IMG/VR virus record: IMGVR_UViG_2541047864_000006
DNA length: 46,863 nt
Origin: a virus
Lineage: Duplodnaviria > Heunggongvirae > Uroviricota > Caudoviricetes
Strand: one strand, 5' to 3'
A program made the position numbers and the translations under genes. The notes beneath the pieces were generated by a model. That model did not search any database. It worked only from the letters and a program-made list of their open reading frames with translations, and was not told the origin of the DNA. Below, piece after piece: positions 1 to 9,036 of this stretch; the stretch's first letter is position 1; every line of letters starts with the position of its first letter.

Positions 1-319
1 TTGCCTCCCCCCCGTTGATGGGTAAAATAGCCGCAATTTTTCGTTTTCAACAAGCGCGGCGCGATGCCGCTTACTCAAGAAGAAAGAATTATGACGTTGT
101 CTCCTTATTTGCAAGAGGTGGCGAAGCGCCGCACTTTTGCCATTATTTCTCACCCCAATAATTAATCCCAAATTAAAGCTCTTTTACTCTTTCAAAATCC
201 TTTCAGTTAATTGAGGTCTGGTTATATAACTCATTTAAATACATATGGTTATGTGGCTTCTTTAATTGAAAATTCTTTCATGTAACTTTAAATCGATCAG
301 GTTGCTTTCATCAAAAATC

Positions 320-377
320 TGTACATATGCTTGTACATAATGTACAAAGCAGCAGAGGTGTTTTGCGATTTGTACAA
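320..377. promoter_or_regulatory. Cluster of four TGTACA(A) motifs in the 66 bp upstream of the integrase start; candidate repressor or Int arm-type binding sites
   Basis: TGTACA at 320-325, 332-337, 341-346, 371-376; same GTAC-centred motif as the operator half-sites at 7334-7352. Confidence 0.3.
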
Positions 378-385
378 GGTGAGTA

Positions 386-1609
386 ATGGCGCTGTCTGAT
401 GCGTGGTTGCGTTCAGTCGTTGGAAAGGAACGTGATAAGGTTTTGGTTAAATCCGATCGTGATGGTCTGTCTGTCAGAGTATCACCGAAAGGTCGCGTAG
501 TGTTCCAATATCGTTATCAATGGGCAGGGAAAGGTGAGCGTCTTGATATCGGAACTTACCCGGCAACTGGATTAAAAGAGGCCAGAGAAGAAGTTATCCG
601 TCTCCGTGGTGAACTCGAGTCAAACCGTAATCCACGATTGGTCAAGCAGGCTGAAAAACGAAAAGCTACTGAAGCCATGACGGTAGAGTCTGTGATCCGT
701 GCCTGGTATGAAGCATATTGTGTAAAAAATAAAAAGGGTTCTGAACAGATACTCCGCTCGTTTGAGCTGCACCTGTTCTCTAAAATCGGGAATATCCCTC
801 ACGATGCAGCTACATTGCATGATTGGTTAGAAGTCCTGGAGCCTCTTAGCACTAAGACTCCAGCAATAGCAGACCGATTGCTAATTAACGCAAAGCAGGC
901 CCATGTCTGGGCGTATAAGAGAAAGCTTATTGAAACTCGCCCGCTGTCGGATATCACGGGTAAAGATATGGATATCCGTAAAGGTCAGAAGAAACGGTTT
1001 CTGACACACGATGAAATTAAAATTCTTTATGCTGCGATCGATGGCTCTAGAATGGTTCCCAAATACAGGGCCTTCATTAAACTATTACTGCATTTTGGTT
1101 GCCGTAGTTCGGAGCTAATTACTGCTAGGGTGGGTGATTTTGATTTCATAAATAAGGTATGGACTGTACCACCTGAACGACATAAGACAGGGGACATAAC
1201 AGGCGAACCGCTAAAGCGGCCCATTATTGAACCGGTTGAAGAGCTTATAAAATACGTTATCTCTATGAACAACGGTTCCGATATGCTTTTTACTAAGGAA
1301 GGAAGCAGGGAGCCAGTCGGTAGGACATCATTACAGTCGCTGCCTTACAATTTAATGCAGTACGCGTGGCGGCGTTTAGGATATCAATTCCCTCATTGGT
1401 CTCTTCATGACTTGAGACGGACAGCACGAACAAATTTTTCTGATCTTACTGCGCCTCATATCGCAGAAATTATGCTTGGTCATAAGCTGCCAGGGGTATG
1501 GCAAGTTTATGATAAGAGCGATTATCTAGAAGAACAGCGTAAAGCTTACCTGGCATGGTGGAAGAGGGTTGAATCGATTGTTAATTGTACTATCTCTGAT
1601 TCAAACTGA
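386..1609 (+). CDS. int: Phage tyrosine integrase (site-specific recombinase)
   Basis: 407-aa ORF; C-terminal catalytic region with HDLRRT motif and downstream conserved Tyr region typical of tyrosine recombinases; located at prophage left end; SD-like AAGGTGAG upstream. Confidence 0.9.
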   Translation: MALSDAWLRSVVGKERDKVLVKSDRDGLSVRVSPKGRVVFQYRYQWAGKGERLDIGTYPATGLKEAREEVIRLRGELESNRNPRLVKQAEKRKATEAMTVESVIRAWYEAYCVKNKKGSEQILRSFELHLFSKIGNIPHDAATLHDWLEVLEPLSTKTPAIADRLLINAKQAHVWAYKRKLIETRPLSDITGKDMDIRKGQKKRFLTHDEIKILYAAIDGSRMVPKYRAFIKLLLHFGCRSSELITARVGDFDFINKVWTVPPERHKTGDITGEPLKRPIIEPVEELIKYVISMNNGSDMLFTKEGSREPVGRTSLQSLPYNLMQYAWRRLGYQFPHWSLHDLRRTARTNFSDLTAPHIAEIMLGHKLPGVWQVYDKSDYLEEQRKAYLAWWKRVESIVNCTISDSN

Positions 1610-1894
1610 CGGTTTGTATCACCTGAACATAACCAAATCTCCTAGCACACTTTGAGCGAGATGTGAGCGTTAAGTTTACGCCATTGTGTTGACATAAGAG
1701 GGCACGGGTATAGATATCATCACTATCCCTATGCCCCTAAATCGCTCCTGCTATTTGATAAATGCAGATGTTTACCACCAAATGTTTTTGATACTATAGG
1801 TTGATTCATGATTTACCTAGAAACTTAGTTGTAACGAAAACTTCTTAACGGACACTATCTGGATAAAGTTAGTTTTTTATTTAAGAGGGTTAAC

Positions 1895-2614
1895 ATGTCA
1901 AAGTTAAAAAATGAACCATTAGTAAGGGTATCAGAAGAAGACGGAATAGAAATAAGGAAGATCCAATATCCAGATAATACGATAGAAAGAGTTTATAAGC
2001 AGAAAGGTGTAATATTACCACGAATACCTTTAAAAGGCCGCTTTGTAGAACAATATGTGGCCTTACAGTTGCTGGATAAAGATCTTCGGAATGTTATTGG
2101 TTGGGAGAATATAATAAAAAACATTTGTAATAACATTAATAGAGAACAACACTTTATTTATCCTGATTTAGAAAAGAATCTAATATTAAAGTCTTTATTT
2201 ATATCAAAAGTTGTTACTTACGGTAAGTGTTTTACAGAGGCGAAAGGGCGTCGATTCACATTGCAGAGAAAGCATGTGCCAGAAAAATACAGAGATTTAC
2301 ATGATTCTATTATGAATGTTAGACATAACTTTGCTGCCCATAAAGGTGAATTTGAATATGATCAATGCGGCTTGGTTTTAATATTGCCTGGGACCAAGAA
2401 AAAAAGGTGCTATCATATTTTTTCAGAACTCAATCAAATAAATTACGGTAATAATGAGGAAGATGATGAACGTTTTTTTATGTTATATGATTCACTGCGT
2501 AAAGTCATTAAAGAAAAACGAGATAAATTAATTGAAAAAATATACGCTGAAAAGATTCATACTCAAACAATGGAGTATTGGTTGAGCCGAACAGGAAAAG
2601 AAACAGAGATTTAA
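1895..2614 (+). CDS. Hypothetical protein; AT-rich orphan cargo gene next to integrase (candidate exclusion/defence gene)
   Basis: 239-aa ORF with AGAGGG SD 6 nt upstream; markedly lower GC than flanking phage genes; flanked by AT-rich non-coding DNA; contains an R-x5-H (RHNFAAH) motif; no family recognised by eye. Confidence 0.6.
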   Translation: MSKLKNEPLVRVSEEDGIEIRKIQYPDNTIERVYKQKGVILPRIPLKGRFVEQYVALQLLDKDLRNVIGWENIIKNICNNINREQHFIYPDLEKNLILKSLFISKVVTYGKCFTEAKGRRFTLQRKHVPEKYRDLHDSIMNVRHNFAAHKGEFEYDQCGLVLILPGTKKKRCYHIFSELNQINYGNNEEDDERFFMLYDSLRKVIKEKRDKLIEKIYAEKIHTQTMEYWLSRTGKETEI

Positions 2615-2804
2615 TTTGTTCAGTATATAAAAGCTAATTTTTAAGGAGTAATTTTCAGATGATTAAAGCTGATTACATTGCGATAGGTACTCTACGACTA
2701 ACTTTTCAACAAGAGTAAGGGGGTAATCAATTTTATTTGTATCAATACATTTCTTGGCGATAATGTTTTGATCTTATCGATTCATGTCATATGGTCATTG
2801 GTAA

Positions 2805-2877
2805 CGTCCGCTCTTGGTAAAGAGTGGACGCTCAGATTAGGTTTGGCATCTAATCATAGATGTGTCAGCTCACATCT
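2805..2877. other. Two strong stem-loops (11-bp stem 2805-2830; 7-bp stem 2858-2877) between cargo ORF and xis; candidate bidirectional terminators/RNA processing sites
   Basis: cgtccgctctt-ggta-aagagtggacg and agatgtg-tcagct-cacatct inverted repeats read directly from sequence; no clear T-run. Confidence 0.4.
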
Positions 2878-2890
2878 AAGCTAATACATA

Positions 2891-3085
2891 TTAATCAATC
2901 ACTCCCGCAAATCTGTAAATCTTGTGTGATGCCCATTTATTTGGGCAGGATTTAATATCAGGATCTGGAAAGTCAGGCCTGTATTTCTGGCCAGTTCTCC
3001 TGTTTACGCTGTTCCAGCGAAGAACTGTCGATACTGAAACACCACAGAAATCGGCGACTTGTTTAGTTGTCATTAAGTTGTTCAT
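2891..3085 (-). CDS. Excisionase / AlpA-like HTH DNA-binding protein
   Basis: 64-aa ORF, strong SD (AGGAGGT) upstream of ATG at 3085; sequence TTKQVADFCGVSVSTVLRW is a typical Xis/AlpA helix-turn-helix; start overlaps stop of upstream gene. Confidence 0.6.
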   Translation of the reverse strand: MNNLMTTKQVADFCGVSVSTVLRWNSVNRRTGQKYRPDFPDPDIKSCPNKWASHKIYRFAGVID

Positions 3086-3705
3086 TACTTCACCTCCTGC
3101 GGCGGCTCCGGTAGCGGCATCCAGTGGGTTACTTTCGATGCCGGTTCTTCCCCATTGTCAGTAACTGCCCACCATTTGTTTCTCGAACAATCGTAATACC
3201 CTTCGAAGGTATCGCACTCAGTCCAGCCGTAAGACTTACCCCAACACCAAACATACTGTTTATCGTTCGGCATTCGCTCACTACAGCTTATCCAACCATC
3301 CGGAGTTACCGGAGAGTTGCCCGACAGCTCGTTCAACTTATAAGTCTGGCTTACAGGTTCGGCACCATTAAGCATGGAGGCGCGGCAGGCGTTCCAGCCT
3401 TCATCAAAGCCGACTATGCCATTATTTAAAGACGGACGAGCATCTGGCACCATCGGCACTGGCTTGGCTATATATAGCGGCTGAACATACCAGCCCTTTG
3501 ATAACCAACTGTCAGCAATGTTTTTACTCCTCGTTATTGCCGGAATACCTAAGCCATTTTCTGAATGCAGCCATGCCACCGGCTCCTCTTCTAGCGATGC
3601 CAGAGCAATTTCATAAGCACGGCGCTCAATATCGTCTCGAACCTCTAGGCTGCTGATTCGTTCTTTGATTTCTTTAATCAGTTCTTTATTGGTAAATGTG
3701 GTCAT
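3085..3705 (-). CDS. Phage protein, Trp-rich C-terminal region (DUF551/Ea22-like)
   Basis: 206-aa ORF translationally coupled in leftward early operon; W/C-rich C-terminus resembling DUF551 prophage proteins (recall only). Confidence 0.5.
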   Translation of the reverse strand: MTTFTNKELIKEIKERISSLEVRDDIERRAYEIALASLEEEPVAWLHSENGLGIPAITRSKNIADSWLSKGWYVQPLYIAKPVPMVPDARPSLNNGIVGFDEGWNACRASMLNGAEPVSQTYKLNELSGNSPVTPDGWISCSERMPNDKQYVWCWGKSYGWTECDTFEGYYDCSRNKWWAVTDNGEEPASKVTHWMPLPEPPQEVK

Positions 3706-4067
3706 TATGCTCCAGCCTCCGGCGCTTTTGGCATTACTGCCCAGTGAGTGATATTGAAGTTTTCAAGGTCCCCGACCTGAAATGTCCACTGCCATTCTCC
3801 GGTTTCTTTTTGTCCCCAGGTGTACCAGAGAGAACGCCAGCCAATCAGCCAGCCTTCTCCGTTAGCATCAAATAACAGAACACTTTCATTTGCTGGTGGC
3901 AGTTCAGCTGACACTGGTATTATTTTGTTTTCCAGTGCCGCACATTTAGCTTCAAGCGCGTCGAATTTACGTACCAGGTACTCAGCATTTGTTTCGTTCA
4001 CTTTCAGATCTCGCGGTACACATTTCCCGCGAAGAAACCCTTCCATTTCGAAAACATTCATGCGCAT
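3705..4067 (-). CDS. Hypothetical early protein (YfdS-like, 120 aa)
   Basis: 120-aa ORF, coupled to neighbours; size and position match CPS-53 yfdS (recall). Confidence 0.5.
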   Translation of the reverse strand: MRMNVFEMEGFLRGKCVPRDLKVNETNAEYLVRKFDALEAKCAALENKIIPVSAELPPANESVLLFDANGEGWLIGWRSLWYTWGQKETGEWQWTFQVGDLENFNITHWAVMPKAPEAGA

Positions 4068-4594
4068 TTGCGTAACTCCGATAACTCGTTAAAACGTTCC
4101 ATAAACATCCCGTAGGCATGGCTAGGTGCCAGTGGAATCACGTTGAACATCTCTGTTGCCGGGATGCCTTCCAGTACAGGCCAGAAAGAGCCATCATCAA
4201 GCCCGAGATCGCGGCGTTCGGTTGCCAGCATGATAAGATCGGCATATTTCACGGGCGTACTCATAACTGGGGGTAACCCGTATTTCTCACGGATTACGGC
4301 GTCAATTTTTTCTTCCATCCGTTTATAGTCAGGAAGAAGGCGTTTCAGTGGAGCGGGAATATCCTGGCAATACGCTTCTGTTGCATCATGCATTAACGCT
4401 TCAAAAGCAAATTCCTGCGGCACCAGCTGGCTGCAAAGCACCGCATGTTGGGCGACACTGTAGAAGTGAGAAAGATGACCGGCAAAGCGGCAGATATTTG
4501 AAAGGGAAACCGCGATATCGTTAATCACGATGTCGTCTTTATTTATCTTGTCATAATAAAAATGCTTCCCGGAAAAAGTTTTAATAAATGACAT
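4058..4594 (-). CDS. yfdR: HD-domain phosphohydrolase (5'-deoxynucleotidase, YfdR-like)
   Basis: 178 aa from ATG at 4594 with GGAG SD 8 nt upstream; H..HD-type motifs (MHDATEAY); matches my recollection of CPS-53 YfdR. Confidence 0.7.
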   Translation of the reverse strand: MSFIKTFSGKHFYYDKINKDDIVINDIAVSLSNICRFAGHLSHFYSVAQHAVLCSQLVPQEFAFEALMHDATEAYCQDIPAPLKRLLPDYKRMEEKIDAVIREKYGLPPVMSTPVKYADLIMLATERRDLGLDDGSFWPVLEGIPATEMFNVIPLAPSHAYGMFMERFNELSELRKCA

Positions 4595-4721
4595 TTTGTT
4601 CTCCACGTATATGCGCTGCACCGCGCTGAGTTTGGGTAAAAGGAAGCCCTCACCATCCGGTGATTATTGAGTTAATTACGTTTCCATAAATGCCCCCGCA
4701 GGGGCATTTGCAGTAATGAAA

Positions 4722-5546
4722 TCAGGCGGTGAAAGTACCAATAAAGGTTTCTACTTTGCTGTCTTTGAATTTCTCAACAAGCAGATCACGAAATTCGTTA
4801 GCCATATCTTCCTGCACCGCTTCCAGCTGAATAATGCGCAGAACCAGTACAGGACGATCGCCAGTGATAATGCTGAGGCGTAATTTAAACGGACGTTCTT
4901 TCAGACCTTCAAACGGAACGCATTTAAATTCAAATGCCACTGGCATAATGTCTTTGGTCTTCGCTTCGACAGATTCCATCAGGGAGCGTTTGCCGCTGAA
5001 GTCATTATCTTCAAAATCAGCGGTCTGGTTTGCTTCAATCGTGATTTTACGGACTGCCGCAGCCGCTTTTGTTGCCTGAATGGTGTCACCATTAGCATCA
5101 AAGCCCACAAGGTAGTCGGCCCAGTCTTCAATCCATTCTGCCAGTGACTTCTGGGAGTTACGCTCGCCGTTAACAGACAACAGGGCAGAGAACGGTGCTG
5201 TCTTTTTCAGTTTGAGAGTGGCGGTGTTATCTGCGTGACCTGGTTCATCAATAGTACCCAGGTTAAGTACACTGACGGCACGCATATTATCAGCATCGAT
5301 AAAGCAGCGGGTGCCTTCATCTGCAAGATCTTTAGAATAACGGGTAAAGTCATCGATGCTGGCAGTGGAAAGCGCACCACGGAAACGGAAGCGATTTAAA
5401 TTAAATTTTTCCAGATCATGAATGCGGAAATTCTCAGGCAATGCCACAGCATCGGCACCAATATTACTGATAATTTCATTAACACCCTGAGCAGAAATAA
5501 GGGCATGGATTTGATTAATTGCGGTTGCGTCTAAGTTCTGAGACAT
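4722..5546 (-). CDS. yfdQ: YfdQ-like protein (DUF2303)
   Basis: 274-aa ORF with GAGGA SD; size and N-terminus consistent with prophage YfdQ family (recall). Confidence 0.55.
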   Translation of the reverse strand: MSQNLDATAINQIHALISAQGVNEIISNIGADAVALPENFRIHDLEKFNLNRFRFRGALSTASIDDFTRYSKDLADEGTRCFIDADNMRAVSVLNLGTIDEPGHADNTATLKLKKTAPFSALLSVNGERNSQKSLAEWIEDWADYLVGFDANGDTIQATKAAAAVRKITIEANQTADFEDNDFSGKRSLMESVEAKTKDIMPVAFEFKCVPFEGLKERPFKLRLSIITGDRPVLVLRIIQLEAVQEDMANEFRDLLVEKFKDSKVETFIGTFTA

Positions 5547-5611
5547 AATAAGTCCTCACTATATAAAGATATTCAGTGATGAGATAAATAATCAGTTAAT
5601 TAAGAACGATA

Positions 5612-5974
5612 TTAATGACCTGCTGCGCGTAGTTTTCCGTCAGGTTCACCGGCAAGAGTCAGTAATTGTCCCTGGTCTTCCTGCAGAATAGTCAGGCGAC
5701 CACCGCGATTGACATACATCGGCGTTTCGGTGGTGTCTTCTTCGGAAATTTTCCCGCGGTTAGTCGGGCGAACATATGAGAGTTTGTGTTTGATTTTCAC
5801 ACGGTTCTCATCAAATGGTTCGATTTCCAGGTTGAGTGAGACCTTACCTTTGGTTTTCGTGTTCATCACACCGGAAGCGACTTCACTGAGAACTGCGCCG
5901 ATTTTGGTTTCAAATACGCCGCCGTCCAGCTCCCCGATAAATGCCTGCACATCAGTACTGCGTTCGCTAGCCAT
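5612..5974 (-). CDS. YfdP-like hypothetical early protein
   Basis: 120 aa from ATG at 5974 preceded by AGGAG SD 7 nt upstream; the longer 197-aa track ORF is an unsupported upstream extension. Confidence 0.55.
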   Translation of the reverse strand: MASERSTDVQAFIGELDGGVFETKIGAVLSEVASGVMNTKTKGKVSLNLEIEPFDENRVKIKHKLSYVRPTNRGKISEEDTTETPMYVNRGGRLTILQEDQGQLLTLAGEPDGKLRAAGH

Positions 5975-6570
5975 TTTGCTGCTCCTCATCATATCGACCC
6001 TGCAAGGTCGGTTGGTTTCTCCACAAAACAGAGAAGAACACCTGCGGTGGCAGCCGCCCGGATGGATTGGGTTATGAGCCTGTCGTCCGGTGATGCTCTT
6101 CTCTGTTTTGTAAAAAGAGCGGTACCAGCCGGAAGCAAGTGTACAAACTGGTACCGCCAAAGCAGTGGCTGTTGTGGTGGGGTTGTCACTCAGGCGTATG
6201 GTCAACCTGACAATCCGGTGTCCTCAACGGGGAAAGAGTAACCCCGCCATACTTACCGCCGCGCCATTTCGCGGATTACCACAACGCTGAGAGCACTTAG
6301 CCAGTTACGGCACCACACTTTGTCGCGGCTCCATAAATGCCCTCATCGTTGCACCCTGGTCTCTTCCCAGGCGTCAAACCGGATCGCCACGCTGGTTAGG
6401 CGTCTTATCAGCATCATCATTGACTTGCACATTCCGGCTACCTGGTTTGTTTGCCCGAGCAAGAAGTGGATTGTCCCCTTTAACGTCCCCAGACCGCTAA
6501 CGACGCATGTGCCATACGCCGTGTTACAACCAAATTTTGTTTGAATCTTGCCTGCCTCATGTTTCTTTTG

Positions 6571-6603
6571 GATACATTATGTATCTCATGGGTACATTGT
6601 CAA
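6571..6603 (-). promoter_or_regulatory. Leftward early promoter pL (-35 TTGACA, 16-bp spacer, -10 CATAAT) overlapped by operator palindrome GATACAT-T-ATGTATC (OL)
   Basis: On minus strand: TTGACA at 6603-6598, CATAAT at 6581-6576; 15-bp palindrome 6571-6585 overlaps the -10. Confidence 0.5.
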
Positions 6604-6605
6604 GT

Positions 6606-6628
6606 ATAAAAAAACCTGCCGAAGCAGG
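6606..6628 (-). terminator. Rho-independent terminator downstream of cI
   Basis: Stem CCTGC/GCAGG with TTCG loop followed by U-run on minus strand, ~15 nt after cI stop. Confidence 0.6.
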
Positions 6629-6642
6629 TTCATAAATATTGA

Positions 6643-7317
6643 TTAGGCCTTTATTGTGTATCTTCTTGGTTTTCCCGAGAAAATCACTGTACCAATTATA
6701 GAGCAATTACCGTTAATCTTAATGTAAGGCTCAGGCCAGTTTGGGTTTAATGCTTTGAGATAACGCTGTGTTCCATCTTCTATCAATCGCTTGAAGGTGG
6801 TTTCGCCTGTATCGTGCATCAATGCAATAACGTCGTCACCGTGGCAGGCAGGGACTTCGGGATCAACAAAAATCATGTCTCCAGGGCGGTACTCATCAAT
6901 CATTGAATCACCAATCACCCGCAAGATATAAGTCATTTCGCCACAGGGTACAGGGCAGGGATACGTTTCTGCTGTGCTCAAATCAACCTCAGAATAGCCA
7001 ACTTCTTTCCATGCTCCGGCCTGTACCCATGATATGACAGGGACTAACGTTATTTGTTTGTTAGTGATTGAAACATCAGGTTTTTTTGTGATGTTCGTTG
7101 TCTGGTGTTCTTGATCAAGCCATCCGACAGGCAGGTCGAAACATTTTTCGATGTGCCGTGCCATGCTGTCACCGATATTTTTAGTAGCGCCATCCCCCAT
7201 AAACCTGCTGGTTTGGGTTGGCTCGCGATCAATCATGGTGGCAAAGGATGAATTTCCGCCAACACCATCTCTCAGTTTTCTGGCGTTAGACCGCCGGATG
7301 TCATGGATTGTTTTCAT
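6643..7317 (-). CDS. CI-type prophage repressor (N-terminal HTH, C-terminal S24 LexA-like autopeptidase)
   Basis: 224 aa; C-terminal GDSM (Ser nucleophile) and FKRL (Lys) motifs of S24 peptidases; divergent from cro. Confidence 0.85.
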   Translation of the reverse strand: MKTIHDIRRSNARKLRDGVGGNSSFATMIDREPTQTSRFMGDGATKNIGDSMARHIEKCFDLPVGWLDQEHQTTNITKKPDVSITNKQITLVPVISWVQAGAWKEVGYSEVDLSTAETYPCPVPCGEMTYILRVIGDSMIDEYRPGDMIFVDPEVPACHGDDVIALMHDTGETTFKRLIEDGTQRYLKALNPNWPEPYIKINGNCSIIGTVIFSGKPRRYTIKA

Positions 7318-7333
7318 AACGAAATTAAAACCT

Positions 7334-7352
7334 TTGTACCGATAAGGTACAA
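7334..7352. promoter_or_regulatory. Operator OR: palindrome TTGTACC-GATAA-GGTACAA
   Basis: Perfect 7-bp inverted repeat with 5-bp spacer between cI and cro. Confidence 0.55.
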
Positions 7353-7357
7353 GTATC

Positions 7358-7385
7358 TTGAAGGTTCATTTCAATCATGTAATAT
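7358..7385 (+). promoter_or_regulatory. Rightward early promoter pR (-35 TTGAAG, 16-bp spacer, -10 TAATAT)
   Basis: Hexamers at 7358-7363 and 7380-7385, ~25 nt upstream of cro. Confidence 0.5.
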
Positions 7386-7407
7386 GTATACCGGAGGTAC
7401 ATATTGT

Positions 7408-7608
7408 ATGAAAGCGTATTGGGACTCTTTAACCAAAGAACAGCAGGGCGAGTTGGCCGGAAAAGTTGGCTCAACACCTGGCTACTTACGGCTGGTTTTC
7501 AATGGTTATAAAAAAGCCAGTTTTGTGCTGGCGAAAAAACTTGAGCAATGCACGTCAGGTGCAATTACGAAATCTGACTTAAGACCGGATATCTATCCGA
7601 AAGATTAA
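7408..7608 (+). CDS. Cro/YdaS-like small HTH regulator
   Basis: 66 aa from ATG 7408 with GGAGG SD 10 nt upstream; divergent from cI; the track ORF start at 7303 would run through the operator region. Confidence 0.7.
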   Translation: MKAYWDSLTKEQQGELAGKVGSTPGYLRLVFNGYKKASFVLAKKLEQCTSGAITKSDLRPDIYPKD

Positions 7609-7639
7609 CAGAACACCTTCAATTTTTAACCACAGAACG

Positions 7640-8203
7640 ATGAGGCTAACCGTGGGTAAGTATCACTGGAAAGTAGAAAAACAGCCTGAGTGGTACGTGA
7701 AAGCTGTCAGAAAAACTATCGCAGCGTTGCCGGGTGGTTACGCTGAAGCAGCTGACTGGCTGGATGTAACAGAGAACGCATTATTTAACCGCCTTCGTGC
7801 CGATGGCGATCAGATTTTCCCGCTGGGATGGGCAATGGTTTTACAGCGCGCGGCTGGCACTCACTACATTGCGGATGCTGTCGCACAGTCTGCTGGTGGG
7901 GTGTTCGTATCGCTTCCTGAAATTGAGGAAGTAGAGAACGCCGATATAAACCAGCGCCTGCTGGAAGTCATCGAACAGATCGGGAATTACTCAAAGCAGA
8001 TTCGTTCGGCAATCGAAGATGGGGTCGTGGAGCCACACGAGCAGACAGCAATTAATGATGAGTTGTATCTGTCAATTTCGAAGCTCCAAGAGCATGCAGC
8101 ACTGGTCTACAAAATCTTTTGCGCTCCAGAAAAGAGTGACGCCCGCGAGTGTGCAGCTCCGGGCGTCGTGGCGTTTTGTGTCTGTGGAGAAACTAACGCA
8201 TGA
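7640..8203 (+). CDS. Hypothetical early regulatory protein (CII/YdaT/YmfL-like position)
   Basis: 187-aa ORF first after cro; possible alternative GTG start at 7652 with GAGG SD. Confidence 0.5.
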   Translation: MRLTVGKYHWKVEKQPEWYVKAVRKTIAALPGGYAEAADWLDVTENALFNRLRADGDQIFPLGWAMVLQRAAGTHYIADAVAQSAGGVFVSLPEIEEVENADINQRLLEVIEQIGNYSKQIRSAIEDGVVEPHEQTAINDELYLSISKLQEHAALVYKIFCAPEKSDARECAAPGVVAFCVCGETNA

Positions 8204-9036
8204 ACAGTTTAACGGCAAATAACCGTTTGTCGCAACAGCTGGTGGTCAGTGTCGCTGAACACCTGTTGTTACGGCATGAATGCAGATTACCAAATTACCT
8301 GGCTGTAAGTAACCACAGAGAACTTTACCTGACTGTGGGGGGCGAGTTGTGCGGGAACTTAACCGCTGGTTTCGTGACGGAAGAGGGCTTTATGTCCATG
8401 TTATTCGTTGGGAACCAGAAACACAGCGCGTTATCTATCTTCGCAAAGACTACCCGCATGAGTGCTTTAGTCCTTTGTGGAAATTCAGGCGTGATTTTGT
8501 TGAGTGTGAAGGACCACCAGCACATTGATTCTGCCATTCCGGGACGTTACACTGTTCAGGCACCTTATAAAGCGGGTGACGGGATTGGCGTCCTGGAAAT
8601 GTTATCGGCGATATATGACGCGCCAGCGTCTTTTTTATCGTCTGCGTCTGTGCACACCCAAATTATGGTGGGCTGGACGGGGGCACCGAAAGGTGCGCCG
8701 GTTTCCGATAACGCCGGTTACGCCAACCCCGTTCAGTTCACCACCAGCGAAATTGGCGTTTCCGGTGGTGAAGGTAATTCACTGTTATCGGAGGCTGCCA
8801 TCATGGCTACTGTCCCAGCCCTCACTCGTCTGAATGATGAAGACTTACATAAACTCAGTTATGTAACAACTGCACTACGTGCTCTGCGCAAGGTAACTCT
8901 TTCGGATCCGCAGGCGCATCAGGTTTTGGTAGAAACCCTTCTTAACTTGCAGGCTGAACGTATTCGTCTGGCGGATAAGGCTAATTTTCATATTCACCGT
9001 CTCCTGAATATCAGCGGAGGGCATCGTCATGCTTAA
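8200..9036 (+). CDS. Hypothetical protein
   Basis: 278-aa ORF, ATGA overlap with upstream gene. Confidence 0.5.
   Translation: MNSLTANNRLSQQLVVSVAEHLLLRHECRLPNYLAVSNHRELYLTVGGELCGNLTAGFVTEEGFMSMLFVGNQKHSALSIFAKTTRMSALVLCGNSGVILLSVKDHQHIDSAIPGRYTVQAPYKAGDGIGVLEMLSAIYDAPASFLSSASVHTQIMVGWTGAPKGAPVSDNAGYANPVQFTTSEIGVSGGEGNSLLSEAAIMATVPALTRLNDEDLHKLSYVTTALRALRKVTLSDPQAHQVLVETLLNLQAERIRLADKANFHIHRLLNISGGHRHA

Noticed and set aside
64-165. 33-codon ORF ([33 protein letters not shown]) at the left edge, possibly the reconstituted 3' end of a host gene at the attachment site
   Set aside because: In-frame stops at 16-18 and 28-30 prevent it being the tail of a longer host gene entering the window; no SD; too short to call. 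The left att site could not be defined.
5975-6205. N-terminal extension of the YfdP-like ORF to 197 aa (track ORF 5612-6205)
   Set aside because: The extension has no upstream SD and is GC-rich; an internal ATG at 5974 has a strong AGGAG SD at proper spacing and gives a 120-aa product.
7303-7407. Upstream extension of the Cro ORF (track start 7303)
   Set aside because: The extension would be translated across the operator/promoter region; ATG at 7408 has a GGAGG SD and yields a 66-aa Cro-sized protein.
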